The position numbers and the translations under genes were made by a program. DNA of 63,948 nt, counting the filler, from Octopus bimaculoides (lineage: Eukaryota): the NCBI RefSeq assembly GCF_001194135.2. It is 6 parts of 6 records of this genome, joined end to end, with 100 filler letters (N's around TTAATTAATTAA, not from the genome) between each part and the next. Parts side by side here need not be neighbours in the genome. Positions count along the whole stretch, not along the records: positions 1 to 24,135 come from NC_069010.1; 5 more parts are not named here. The stretch is one strand, 5' to 3'. This document shows, in pieces, positions 9,311 through 23,072 of the stretch. The stretch's first letter is position 1; each line of letters starts with the position of its first letter. The notes under the pieces were generated by a model. It was not told the DNA's origin, made no database searches, and saw only the letters and a program-made list of their open reading frames with translations.

Positions 9311-12300
9311 TGTTTATTGGCCACAAGGGCTTACATAAAATTACATTAAGAGACATACAACAAGATAAAAGACAAAAACAGGACAATACAATGGGATTTG
9401 CAACGTGTAAACAATATAAATAACAACAAAAATTAAAAATAGGGGAGGCATATTAAGGATCTCCTGGAAAAACCGCAGGTGCACGCTCAGAATTGGTCCT
9501 TTTACACTGGCCATTCTTCCAACATTCACCCATCATTCAACAAACTTGCTACAAGTCTACACTTCCCTCTCCACCCTCAACTTCCTTTTCAAGTGAAACT
9601 TGAAAAAGTTGTTCAGGGCTTGGNNNNNNNNNNNNNNNNNNNNNNNNNNNNNNNNNNNNNNNNNNNNNNNNNNNNNNNNNNNNNNNNNNNNNNNNNNNNN
9701 NNNNNNNNNNNNNNNNNNNNNNNNNNNNNNNNNNNNNNNNNNNNNNNNNNNNNNNNNNNNNNNNNNNNNNNNNNNNNNNNNNNNNNNNNNNNNNNNNNNN
9801 NNNNNNNNNNNNNNNNNNNNNNNNNNNNNNNNNNNNNNNNNNNNNNNNNNNNNNNNNNNNNNNNNNNNNNNNNNNNNNNNNNNNNNNNNNNNNNNNNNNN
9901 NNNNNNNNNNNNNNNNNNNNNNNNNNNNNNNNNNNNNNNNNNNNNNNNNNNNNNNNNNNNNNNNNNNNNNNNNNNNNNNNNNNNNNNNNNNNNNNNNNNN
10001 NNNNNNNNNNNNNNNNNNNNNNNNNNNNNNNNNNNNNNNNNNNNNNNNNNNNNNNNNNNNNNNNNNNNNNNNNNNNNNNNNNNNNNNNNNNNNNNNNNNN
10101 NNNNNNNNNNNNNNNNNNNNNNNNNNNNNNNNNNNNNNNNNNNNNNNNNNNNNNNNNNNNNNNNNNNNNNNNNNNNNNNNNNNNNNNNNNNNNNNNNNNN
10201 NNNNNNNNNNNNNNNNNNNNNNNNNNNNNNNNNNNNNNNNNNNNNCCAGTAAATGGGGCAAGGGACGACAGTTAAGTGATGATAAATAACGGGTGCGATG
10301 TACTCATTCGTCACCTCTACTCGACCTTTCAGGGACACTTTCTCTCGGCCCATTTCTGGGTGGGATTGGCTACGCTGCCTGTCACCTCATCCCAGTTCTT
10401 CTCCAGCTGGTAGTCCGTACCAAACCAGACTCCAAGCGACTTAACGCCACCGTTTGTCAAGCATCCCACCACGCTGTTAGACGGCATGGCCTTGCATCTC
10501 CATGTGCCGAGTTGCAAACCGCGTGAAGTTTTGCTCCTTTCACCGCTTCATATTCCTGTAGCGTTTCGCCAATCAGGTCTATATGTCTATAGCTCGACAC
10601 TATGACAGTGATATCAGCCTATGTATAACTTCTAGAATTCCCTTGCCGCCAACCTCTTTTGGCCAAGAAGAGAAGGCAATTTTTATTTTTTTAATGGCTG
10701 TAGCGAAAAAGGTAGTATGGTGGGCACGTTTGAAAAGGCCTAAGACAGGCACTTTCTTCTTTGGCTAAGCCCTCATCAACTTTTTCAAGTTTCACTTGAA
10801 ATGGAATATGACACACATCCTAGATCACGCGAGACACCCCTCAACACCTCCAAATTCCACAGAAATGGTTCAAGAGTTAGTAAAGGGGAGGAGAGAGTGA
10901 ATCCTTGATGGATCGAACGCAAGATTGCGAATGGCTCCGACAGATGACCATTCACCCGAATAACCGAGCAGATGCCGCTGTATAAAGCAGTGATCCAACT
11001 GCGGAAACTAGAAGAAAACCGGCTACCAAGTATTGATGGTCGATAATATCAAAAGCTTTAAATTGATCTAAATTGATAAGCGCCGCAACCATGCTAGCTT
11101 CGTTATCCACACTCTCTATGATGTAGCGCATAAGAAGGAGATTATCGTGTGTACTCCTTGCTGGGATGGTGCATGTCTTTGCCTTGCCAACCAGCTTGTC
11201 CATGAGAAGCTCTAATCTCTTGGCTAACGCTTTGGTCAAAATCTTCAATTCTGCATTGAGCAGAGTGATGGGCCTCCTTGTCTGGGTCCTTTCTCAGCAA
11301 TGCCACTACTCTTCGACAGACAAAAGTAGGAATTCTCCCATTTTGGTGCCAGTTGCAGTAGACTTTTGCTAAGAGGCCAGCAAACAAATCTGGCATCGAA
11401 TTGCAAAGTTCGTAGGGCAGACCATCCAAACCCGGCGATCCACCTCGTGAAACTTTTCATCACTTTCAATATTTACGCGGCTGTTATCGGCCTTTCACAG
11501 TACTCCGCCTCGTTCACCAAGAGTAGAAGCATGCCGTCCGTGTAGACACCGAAGTCTGCTCTGCTATCCGTCCTACCATTCGTCCCGAACAGTCGTGCAA
11601 AGCGCTGTTGAACAGACGCACACATCAGTTTCGGCTCGAACACCACGCATCCGCTCTTGTCTACCAAACACCGAATGATAGNNNNNNNNNNNNNNNNNNN
11701 NNNNNNNNNNNNNNNNNNNNNNNNNNNNNNNNNNNNNNNNNNNNNNNNNNNNNNNNNNNNNNNNNNNNNNNNNNNNNNNNNNNNNNNNNNNNNNNNNNNN
11801 NNNNNNNNNNNNNNNNNNNNNNNNNNNNNNNNNNNNNNNNNNNNNNNNNNNNNNNNNNNNNNNNNNNNNNNNNNNNNNNNNNNNNNNNNNNNNNNNNNNN
11901 NCGTGCCTTAGCTCTGTCAACACAGCCTTCGTGTTTGGCGTCGAAAAGTTGGTCGAGGGCAAAATTCGCCGCCAATACATTAGCTGCGATGCCTGTTCTA
12001 TGCGCTTCAACTAACTTTCTAACACAATCTCCCTCTGTTCTACTTCTTTCTACCGCTAATATTTTGCTAAACCTAATCGATTCTACTCTAATTGCCATTT
12101 TAAGAGCAAACCACCAGTTGTTGTCGACGACTGCACCCATCAACGCCCGCATAACTAATTCGCTAATCCGATCTCTGTAAGCTTAACCCGCCTGTAACGA
12201 CGTATTCAGCTCTCAATAACCGGAACGCTGTCTATGAAGCCTATCTAAGTCGACCGTACAGATCATGTGAAATTTGTGGCTGTGTAGCCGACCATGTGAA

Positions 12301-13375
12301 ATTGTGGACACCGTATGTTATCCTTGTCCGCTGGCCTACAAAATACCATATCTAGATACGATCTAGATGACCTAATGCCTTTTGTCCAAGTCCACATCGT
12401 CATATTCGGGTAATCTAATCGGCACCTGTGAGACAGCTGAAAACGTATGAGGAGGTTTTGGAGGCTTTTGTACTCCCCTCTCCTATCAGATACCCCCACG
12501 CAATCGAAACGTCCATCTAAGACAGCGTTCCAATTCCCTACTAATACTAAAGTCCGAAACGTTCCCAGGAAAACCTCCAGATGCTTGAAGTAATCAGACC
12601 GCCCTACCCCTGTCGGAGCATAAATACCCACCACTCGGAAAGCACCAGCGTCACTGCTGTTGTTCACATCTAAGACCACAAACTTACCTTCTGGATCCAG
12701 GAAGAATGCCTTTATTTTGAAATCCAGACCCTTCCGGAATAGTGCCACAGTACTACTACCGCCTTCTTCCCGGCAGACACTGAGATACAATAATCTCGTA
12801 TCTACCGAAAAAGCTTATGAGGTCTCGTGGGTCGGATAGTCTTGATTCACTAATGGCTGCAACATCTACAATAATGGACCTCAGGTTATTTAAATCTTGA
12901 CCTTGTTCCAAGGCCTCTGATATTTATACAACCTATTCTGAGTGTCACCATGGTAAAATAAATTTAGGATGGAGAAGAGCTCTACTTACCATTGTTGTCT
13001 AGCAGGACCACTGTTCTGTGTTGTAGGCGTTTCCATGAGCTTTTATACATTCTATGAGAAAATGTTTTTTGAAATGACCCAGTAGCATTTGGAAAATTAA
13101 ATTAATATTTAGCGTGTTGTAGGTGTCCTGTTTTAGTTTTAAAATTTGTTTGTCTGGTAGTGATGCATTGTGTGTTGGGAAGACAAAGTTTTCCGTTGTG
13201 ATGTCTGTGTTTTCTCTGATGCATTTAAGAAGTGTGTATTGTCGGTGTCGATGGCTGTGAAGTTGGTGGTGTTTGTGCAGTCTGTGCTGTGTACGGTTTC
13301 GGTGTTTGAGGTGGTAGTGCTGGTGGAAGTGTTTTTGTTGCTGTTGGTTGCACTTGAGGTGCCGAGTTCCCCTCA
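9311..13375 (-). mobile_element. Tx1/L1-clade LINE, degenerate and gapped
   Basis: Endonuclease-like peptide 12263..12790 (FVVLDV...GIYAP...LVGNWNAVLD); RT fragments (LINLDQFKAFDIIDHQYL); C-terminal FFKFHLKRKLRVEREV; bounded by (AAT)n. Confidence 0.8.
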
Positions 13376-13392
13376 ATAATAATAATAATAAG

Positions 13393-14398
13393 TTATACTT
13401 TTATTAGCCGCAAGGGCTCACATACAAAAACATCGAATGACATACAACATGACAGACAAAAACAGGATCGTACAATGTGTTTTCCGCGTGTACACAATAT
13501 AATAACGATAAAAATTAAACAAATTAAAACTCCCAATAGGGAAAGCGCTGTAAGGGCCTTGGGGAAAGACGCAAAAAAAATCCACGGTTGCCTGCACAAC
13601 AGGGCAAGAGCCTTTCTTCCTTGATTATCTTTTTACATCTGTCCGATCAGAATTCGACCTTTCACACTAGACATTCTTCCAGCATTCACACACTTTTCAA
13701 CAAACTTTCTACAAGGTAATACTTCCCTCTCTACGCTCAACTTCCTTTTCAAGTGAAACTTGAAGAAGTTGATGAGGGCTTGGCCAAAGAGGAAAGTGTC
13801 CGTCTTTAGCCCTTTCCAACGTGTCCACCATACTACCTCTTTCGTTACAGCCACTAGACAAATAAAAATTGACCGCCCCACTCGGCTAAAAGAGGGAGGT
13901 GGGGCAATCTTCACAATGGATTCAGCTGATAGCCAGATCCGTCCCACACACGACAGCAGGCGTTCGACGTAAACCCATTGATAAGCAATAATCAGGCACT
14001 GGACGAGGGCGTGCAGAATGGCNNNNNNNNNNNNNNNNNNNNNNNNNNNNNNNNNNNNNNNNNNNNNNNNNNNNNNNNNNNNNNNNNNNNNNNNNNNNNN
14101 NNNNNNNNNNNNNNNNNNNNNNNNNNNNNNNNNNNNNNNNNNNNNNNNNNNNNNNNNNNNNNNNNNNNNNNNNNNNNNNNNNNNNNNNGTTATCCATAGG
14201 TCCAAGCCCGAAAGTTCTCCAAAAAAGTCAGGTTAGTTTATCCTCATCAACGCCCAGCGTTTCCCCGAAAATGCCGTCGCACTTTCCCTCCATTAACTTC
14301 CTATAGAACGCTATAGTAGGGCTATCACCGACCGCATTGCCCACCTGGGAGAAGGCTGTGAGCGCTTAACGTCACTCGAAGTCCCAAGCACCCCTCAC
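13393..14398 (-). mobile_element. Second, 5'-truncated copy of a related Tx1/L1 LINE
   Basis: ORF 13633..14205 (VVWWTRWKGLK...LINFFKFHLKRKLSVEREVL) matches the 3' end of the copy at 9311; flanked by (AAT)n. Confidence 0.8.
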
Positions 14399-14454
<56 letters not shown>

Positions 14455-14763
14455 TTTCTACATGGCAATATTTATATAGAACTGGCTGGTGTCGTGTATA
14501 TTCCATGGTAGCTCTCAGCACATTTATGCGCTGATATTCATATTATGCCTGTGTATTCAATAGAAACCAGAAGTTTGAAAAGTTTGTTTTTATATCCTCC
14601 CATTTAACAAGGAGTTGCCAACTGACCCACATGTGAAACTGATGTGCATTTTATTCTAAGAAAAGCATCTTTGAATTAAGAAGATAATTTTATATATATT
14701 TATTAAATGTTTATTATTTACAATTTTGTTAAGCGTGTCTCCTTGTTTCTCATTTATTGTCAG

Positions 14764-14827
14764 TGACTGAGAGAGAATTTCGGGATCCTGAAGTCAATCC
14801 GTTATCAAATGAAGATCCGGGTCATTT
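14764..14827 (+). CDS. Candidate phase 1 exon following the TM cassette array (possible shared cytoplasmic tail)
   Basis: Pyrimidine tract ccttgtttctcatttattgtcAG| and donor TT|GTgagt; only the phase 1 frame is open: (V)TEREFRDPEVNPLSNEDPGH; read-through gives HL*. Confidence 0.35.
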
Positions 14828-15400
14828 GTGAGTGACCTCTCTGCGAGGTAATACTAAGCGCATCCCTTCTTTTGCATCTCTTATTGAAGTGGCTTTAATG
14901 TAAATATCGAGGACGCTGACACGTCCTACATGTACTACATGTTTCTTTCTTGAAAAATAATCCTTTCCATACTTTCTCTGTCTAGCTAATGCTGTCTATC
15001 TTTTTGCATATTTTATAAACAAATATTTCGATTAAGCAGACGATAATTAATTTTATTAAAGAGCATACGTAAAGTGAGGGAGTTTAACAAACTAGAGATA
15101 CGTAAGCCAGCTACACTTTTCGCTGTCTAACCAGTAATATAGTTCAAGATATTTGCCAATCGAGAATATTCCATTTCATTTCCATTCAAAGATCTCTCTA
15201 TGATCATATCTATTAATATTTCTCTCAATTCGCATGACTTAATATATCGGTAGGCCCACCTACCAACCTACCTACCTACTGACATGCTCACCTGTCTTTT
15301 TTGTCATTCTATTTAAGCATCTACCATATCCACTTTCCCTTCTGCCGTTGTATGTATCTGTTTATTCATAATAACGTTAAGCATTCAATCTAAAGTAATA

Positions 15401-15459
<59 letters not shown>

Positions 15460-15462
<3 letters not shown>

Positions 15463-16102
15463 GCCCGGATGTAGTACCAGGCAGTGACTCTCATGGATTC
15501 TGATCTTGATTGGAAGTGTTATCATGTACATTGTTTTGTCTTGGTATAAAAGATGGGCTACAGCAAATATTCCGCTCAATACCACAGATTTGCTTGTCAG
15601 TTGTTTGACCTTAACCAGTTGAATATGTCCCTTGGTGGCTGACGATATGTGCAACTCTGATCATGAGCAGAAGTAGTGGGGGAGCATGATAGCCATGTAT
15701 TGAGAGGAATTCTTTGGGATTTGAATANNNNNNNNNNNNNNNNNNNNNNNNNNNNNNNNNNNNNNNNNNNNNNNNNNNNNNNNNNNNNNNNNNNNNNNNN
15801 NNNNNNNNNNNNNNNNNNNNNNNNNNNNNNNNNNNNNNNNNNNNNNNNNNNNNNNNNNNNNNNNNNNNNNNNNNNNNNNNNNNNNNNNNNNNNNNNNNNN
15901 NNNNNNNNNNNNNNNNNNNNNNNNNNNNNNNNNNNNNNNNNNNNNNNNNNNNNNNNNNATATGAGATCACCATGTCGCGCACATATGGTTGTGATGCATG
16001 TGCCTGGTGTACCCTTATCAGACGGGTAGTCATGATGGATATAATGTGCTTCGTATATTTTACCCCAGTGTCACTTTGATGGCATACACTGCTCTCTCAC
16101 TC

Positions 16103-16105
<3 letters not shown>
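15460..16105. repeat. Unclassified interspersed repeat between (AAT)n tracts
   Basis: Higher-GC block bounded by long (AAT)n runs at about 15400-15460 and 16103-16160, with an internal gap; family not identified. Confidence 0.35.
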
Positions 16106-16160
<55 letters not shown>

Positions 16161-16170
16161 GTCATGATCA

Positions 16171-16209
<39 letters not shown>

Positions 16210-17834
16210 GCAGTCTTGCTGCAGTATGGCCACAGGTTTTATCTTGAACGCGTAAAAGATAAAAGTGTAACTTCCACAGATGTTGGGTAAACTAATTTCA
16301 CTTTAATTTAACTCTCTTTAGATGTATCTTATAAAGTTTAAGTTTATAAACAGTCATGACGTTGTTTTATTTATAACAAACACAGAAAAATGTAAAGTTC
16401 TTCGTTTCCTTCACTCAACTATTATAGACCATTTCTCTGTAATAATATAATCCTTCTCTCTCTAATAATATACACCTTACTCCTCCCTGTATCTCACTCA
16501 TAATTGTTCACTGATTCAACTATTTCCTTTCCGTGCTGTTCTTTGTCGTTCTTTGTTTAGGTCTTTCCTTTACCTCTTCCTCTCTCTATTTCGCTCTATA
16601 TATTACTCCATTAAGTTATAACTACTCTTCATGACGTAAGGACAGAAACTGAGAGAGAAACGAGGAAAGTATTCTAATAATAAAACATTCAGACTTTCAT
16701 GGATTTAACCGATGTTAGATATATAATAGGTAAAAGGATACAGAAGTAGATATTAAATTAGATATTTCACAAATATTTAGACAAGCATATAGGAAGTTCG
16801 ATAGATAAATCGATACGTTGAGAGCTTCTCTAAATTTATATGTACAAATACATATGTGTATTTTTGTATGGGTGTATGTGTGTGTATATACATATATATT
16901 AAATATATTATCTATATAATATAGCAAAACTGTAAAGTGTAAATTTTGTGGGTATTACTTATTTTCCATTTCATATATTTTACAGTTGCTAATTGGGAAT
17001 TGCAAATTTTTACCTGTAAAAATAAACATATAAACTAAAAATGAATGATTTCCAACCAGAAATTCTTCGTACAGAAAAAAAAAATATATAATTGAAATTT
17101 TACATTTGGATAAAGCGTTATGTCTCTACATAAAAATCATGAGCAGCACGAATAACTCGGTGAAGGAAAGAGAGTGTTACACACACACGCGCGAAGATAT
17201 TCACATCGACATGTAATAATCATATTGAAAATAGATCAAATCACAATAATTTTTATCACAAATAACATTAGAAGACCACGTTCAATCCAATTATATAATC
17301 ATATTTTAAATGCATTTTTTCTTTTAAATAATATATCTTATAATTCATAAAGGATGTCCAGACCCAACAGTATACATACCAATATATAGGTTCCACACAT
17401 CTAAAATTCAAGTTTAGATACGACAACCATATTTCCTCTTTGAAGCATGAAGCTAAATCTAACAATACATCTCTAGCACCATTATATGGAATTTAAAATT
17501 AAAAATATGCGAGACACGCCATCTTGGACAATTGTTACAAAAGCTACTACTCATAAAATAGGTAATATATTTTGTAATCTATATTAAACAGAATTTTGTT
17601 ATCTATATTAAAGTGTACAGATCATAGTAACGAGCACAAAATTTAATTCTCAGAAGCGTTCATGAAAAAAATTAGCACATTTCAATACTTTAGATGTTGC
17701 CATAAAATTGATGCTTTAAAGTATAACATACTTTATTAACCAATAATAATTATAACAATTATTTTGAATATTAATATATGAAAGTGTACGCCTTGCTTAT
17801 ATAGGTATCGGTTGAAAGTACGTGTATACTAGTC

Positions 17835-17844
<10 letters not shown>

Positions 17845-17877
<33 letters not shown>

Positions 17878-19560
17878 TTAACGTCCGATTTCCATGCTAG
17901 CATGGGTTGGACGATTTGACAGGGGACTGGCGAACCGGGTGGCTACACCAGACTCCAATCTGATCTGGCAGAGTTTCTACAGCTGAATGCCCTTCCTAAC
18001 GTCAACCACTCCGAGAGTGTAGTGGGTACTTTTTACGTGCCACCGGTACAAGGGCCAGTCTGGCGGAACTGGCAACGGCCACACTCAAATGGTGTTTTTT
18101 ACGTACCACCTGCACAGGAGTCAGTCCAATGTTTTGTTCACATGCCACCGGCACAAGTGTTACGAAGGCGAAGCTGGAAACGATCGCACTCAAATTGGGC
18201 TTTTTACGTGCCACCGGCACGGGAGACAGACCTCTGCTCTGGCAGTGATCCCACTCGGATGATGCTGTTAGCGCTCCACTGGCACGGAAGCCAGTCATCA
18301 AACTTGGTTCAGTTTCGATCTCACTTGCCCCAACACGTCTTCGCAAGCTAAGTTTAGTGTCCAATGAGGGAAGGTTGGCATGGGTGCCAGTCATCAAATT
18401 TGGATCGATTTCGATTTCGATTTCACTTGCCTCAACAGGTCTTTGCAAGCAGGGTTTTGTGTCCAAAGAAGGAAAGGTACGCATAAGTGGGCTGGCTACA
18501 CCCCTGGTAAAGGCTACGGGTTATGGTCTCACTTGTCTTGCCGAGTCTTCTCACGCACAGAATATTTCCACAGGTCTCGATCACTAGTCATTGTCTCCAT
18601 GAGACCTAATGTTCGAAGGTCGTGCTTCCCGACTTCATCCCAGGTCTTCCTGATTCTACCTCTTCCACAGGTTCCCTAAACCGCTAGGGTGTGGCACTTT
18701 TTCACACATCTATCCTCATCCATTCTCGACAAGTTACCATACCAGCGCAATCGTCTGTCTTTCACACCACAACTGATGCTTCTTAGGTCCAACTTTTCTC
18801 TTAAGGTACTTACACTCTGTCGAGTATGCACACTGACATTACACATCCAACGGAGCATACTGGCGTCATTCCTTGCGAGCTTACGCATGTCCTCAGCAGT
18901 TACGGCCCATGTTTCACTGCCATGTAGCATGGCTGTTCGTACACATGCGTCATACAGCCTGCCTTTTACTCTGAGCGAAAGGTCATTGTCACCAGCAGAG
19001 GTAAGATCTCTCTGAACTTTGCCCAGGCTATTCTTATTCTAGCAGCTACACTTTCAGCGCACACTCCCCCGCTACTGACTTGGTCACCTAGGTAACGGAA
19101 NNNNNNNNNNNNNNNNNNNNNNNNNNNNNNNNNNNNNNNNNNNNNNNNNNNNNNNNNNNNNNNNNNNNNNNNNNNNNNNNNNNNNNNNNNNNNNNNNNNN
19201 NNNNNNNNNNNNNNNNNNNNNNNNNNNNNNNNNNNNNNNNNNNNNNNNNNNNNNNNNNNNNNNNNNNNNNNNNNNNNNNNNNNNNNNNNNNNNNNNNNNN
19301 NNNNNNNNNNNNNNNNNNNNNNNNNNNNNNNNNNNNNNNNNNNNNNNNNNNNNNNNNNNNNNNNNNNNNNNNNNNNNNNNNNNNNNNNNNNNNNNNNNNN
19401 NNNNNNNNNNNNNNNNNNNNNNNNGTTTTAGGTAGGTTGACTCTAAGGCCCTTCGATTCTAATCCTTGCTTCCACACCTGAAACTTCTCCTCTAGTTTTG
19501 ATAGTAACTCAGCAATTAGAGCAAGATCATCAGCATAGAGGAGCTCCCAGGGACAACCTT
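17845..19560 (-). mobile_element. RTE-clade LINE 3' part with (CAT)n tail
   Basis: LHGSETWAVTAEDMRKLARNDASMLRWMC...RRLRWYGNLSRMDEDRCVKKC and RT LLYADDL-like sequence near 19540; (CAT)n tail at about 17838-17878. Confidence 0.85.
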
Positions 19561-19719
19561 ACAAAAATACGTAAACACACGCACGCACACACATACACAC
19601 ACACACACGCACGTACTCACACACACACACACACACGCAAGTACTCACACACACATATACAAAATTAAAGAAGGAAAATGCATACAATTTACATTTTTAA
19701 TATATATATAAGTGAAAGT

Positions 19720-22700
19720 GCATTGTGCTTGTCGACCGGTTTCGCTTTCGCTAATCATGACATTGAATTGAATGAAATTTCGTATTTTCTACAGATTTTA
19801 TTCCATGTTCCTAAATGGAAGTTGGTGAATGAATAAACAAATAAAATAATCTAACGGGAAGTAATTGGCGATCGTTATTATCAGGGCTATGGAAGATAGA
19901 TGCTGCTTTTTTTCGGGTGTTAAATAAATATATAAAACTTCAAAAGTTAAAGTAGTGCGATAAAATATGTAGAGTGATTGGTATCGGATCATGAATTAAC
20001 ATATATATATACTGAGACCAAAGTTGGTTATGCGTTGATAAAAAAGCTTGTCTTGTATTTTTCGATACATATATTTTCTTTATTTAAATGTTCCTGTACA
20101 GAAATTGCTTCTTTGTACTGGTAGATCGGGAAAAACTGTCAAGTTTGGTTGGATATTACCTGAATATCTCTATGTATTCACTCAAATGAATTTGTCTCTA
20201 CTTTTGGGATAAGATCCGTTCCTTATGTAGTGCGGTTCTCCGTCTAACTGACATACATAGTTATGTCCACAACTTGAACAAGTTATAGCAAATTAGAATC
20301 TCGGAAGCACAAGTGAAGTTGGTTTCAATTCTGAGCCTCTCTCCTTGTTTTGAATAGGAAATCTGAGCCTTCCAGTAGGTTGGGACATGTTCCCCCGTTT
20401 GGACATCAACATTTTTTATCCGTTGGTTTTGTGGTTCTTGTGTAAAGTTTCACTTTTGTCAGAAGCCTTTTCAACGATTTGTATTGCTTTTTTGCATTTG
20501 ATCAGTTTATGCGTTTCTAAAATTTTGTTCATTTTTGGGTCCCAAGTAAGCAGAGGTAGATTTTCTACAATAGCTTTATATTCTTCAGTGTTACTATGGT
20601 TGTGAGTTAATATATACATCTCAACGCTTCTAAAGCAAACTTAGATGAGGTGTTGTGTTACTTTTTGTTTCCTTGTTATTTTAATGCTTAAATTCTTGGC
20701 ATGCTTAATTCCATCATCTATAAGTGAGGGTGGATGTCTCAGTATTGTTGCGAGATCTTGAACACAGAGGTGCCGAATATTTCCAACAGACACTATTCTT
20801 TTACTCATTTACTTGTTTCAGTCATTTGACAGCGGCCATGCTGAAGCACCGCCTTTAGTCGAGGAAATCAACCACAGGACATATTCTTTGGAAGCCCAGT
20901 ACCTTTCGGTCTCTTTTGTCGAACTGCTAAGTTACGGGGTCATAAACACACCACCATCGGTTGTCAAGCGATGTTGGGGGGAACAAACACAAACACACAA
21001 ACATACACACACACACACAAACATACACACACACACACAAACATACACACACACACAAACATATATATACATATATACGACGGGATTCTTTCAGTTTCTG
21101 TCTACCAAATCGGCCCGAGGCTATAGTAGAAGACACTTGCTCAATGTGCCACGCAGTGGGAATGAGCCCGGGACCATGTGGTTGGTAAGCAATCTACTTA
21201 CCATACAGCCACTCCTGCGCCTTGTGAAAATCCTTTTCGCAAAATTAAAGGGGATATTTCTTTTGATGTGTTTCGGGTGGTATGAGCTAAAACGAATACA
21301 TTGCTTCGAGTCCGTTGGTCTATGATAAGTGTCATTTACAATTTGGTCGTTGACATTTTTATCATAACATCAAAGTAAGAGAGACGTTCTTTGCTACATT
21401 CAATTGATAAATTGAATGTTAGTTTTTATATTATTTACTATTGGTTTCAATTAAAAAAGTTGATCAATTGTCTCACTCCAAATGATAAAGCAGTTATCCA
21501 CATATCTTTTACAGTTCTCTCTTATATAATGGTGAAATAGATATCCATATTTTGGCAGTGACATTTCATATATAGTGAATTCAAAATATCTCATTATTAG
21601 GTTCGCAAGAACAGAGGCTGCTCTCGTTTCCATCGATATTCGGCATTGTTGACGATAGTAGTATACATCAAATAAGAAGTATTCGCACTGGAGTGTAAAT
21701 TTTAAAGTTTCAATAATACTAACATAGCTTATGCGTTCCGGAATTTCTTCGGGATATATTTCCAGTCACTATTTTATTACTTCTACTCCATAGTCATGTG
21801 GGATAATGGTATAAATATTAATAACATCGAAGGACACCAATAATGTCGTTCATTGGTTATTTTTGGCAGGTGGTCAAGCATTTCTAGATAGTCTCTTATG
21901 ATACTTTTGATGTATTTCATCAAGGGTTGAAAATTGCTTAGATGGTGTGTGTCACAGGCTGAGCCAGTTATATGGTTCTGAACTTTAAATCTTCTGGCGT
22001 TAAGATATTTATTTATTTGACTGATGATTGCTTGCAGACTTTGTTAAATATCGTGCTCTTCTGAATTTTAAGTAGGCCGTAAAAAAGACTAGGTTTACAT
22101 TCAAAGTCGTGATATAATCTATATTTTTCTTTTTATATGTAGACGAATTCAAGATACAAGATTTTTCATTGTCTTTTTTTTATTCTTTATATTTTACAAC
22201 TTTTCCGTAGAAGGTATCGTTTTCTAGCATGGACAATACTAGGTTTTTGCAGTATTCTATTTCCAACAGGAGTACAGCACTTCCTTTGCTTCTTTAAGTT
22301 CCAGTTCTTTGTCGTTTTGTAGTTCAGTTAGATTTTTCATTCTAGATTGTTGAGGTTTGAATTTAGTTTTTGCTTATGGAAAATATTTGGGAAATTGTGG
22401 ATATGATCGCAAAAGTCATCTACTGTTAGGTGGTAGATAATTGCCTCAGTTTTTGACCAGTGATTCATCCTCGTTGTTGTAGGCAATTAGTGCTTCTATA
22501 AGTCGTAGTTTTCTGCAAAATTCAAAAATAATATCTTTAATTTTATCCTGGTCGGATCTTTGTTGTGTTGGTGTACATTTTTTATCCTTTACTTTGTATA
22601 CTGATCTTTGTTGCAGAGAGAGTCTTTTCTTTAATAAAGTTATTACTTTCTGTTTTCCCTCTATGTCTTGAGCCCAGAACCATGTGGTTGATAAGCAAAC

Positions 22701-23050
22701 TTCTTCCCACAGAGCAACTCCTGCGCCGATGTATATATATCTATATCTATTTATTACTTTGTGTTTTCCCTTTATGACGTGTTCCAACGTGTGATCCTGT
22801 TTCTCTCAACTCGGTCTAAAAAATCTTTACTTTAATTTGAGTGGTAAAAATTATCAGCATTATTGATTAGATTAAAATTGCTTGGAGGCTGGTTTTGATG
22901 CCTGGGTAAATTGCTTGGACTTGTGTGGTTCGAGAAGCTTCGTTGATATAAATTACAGAGTCCTCAATTATATTTGAGATGCTGGGCTGTTGAATTTGAT
23001 GTCTGGGTAAATAGGTTCGAATTCTGTAAACCGAGTTTCTTCGATGAGGG
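19720..23050 (-). mobile_element. Degenerate Penelope-like element interrupted by SINEs
   Basis: ORF 21451..21633 (ASVLANLIMRYFE...RYVDNCFIIW) is PLE RT-like; degenerate hammerhead-like GAAACCGGUC at the 3' end (about 19730-19765, -). Boundaries approximate. Confidence 0.6.
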
Positions 23051-23072
23051 ATAGAAAAAGTCTCTAGGATGG

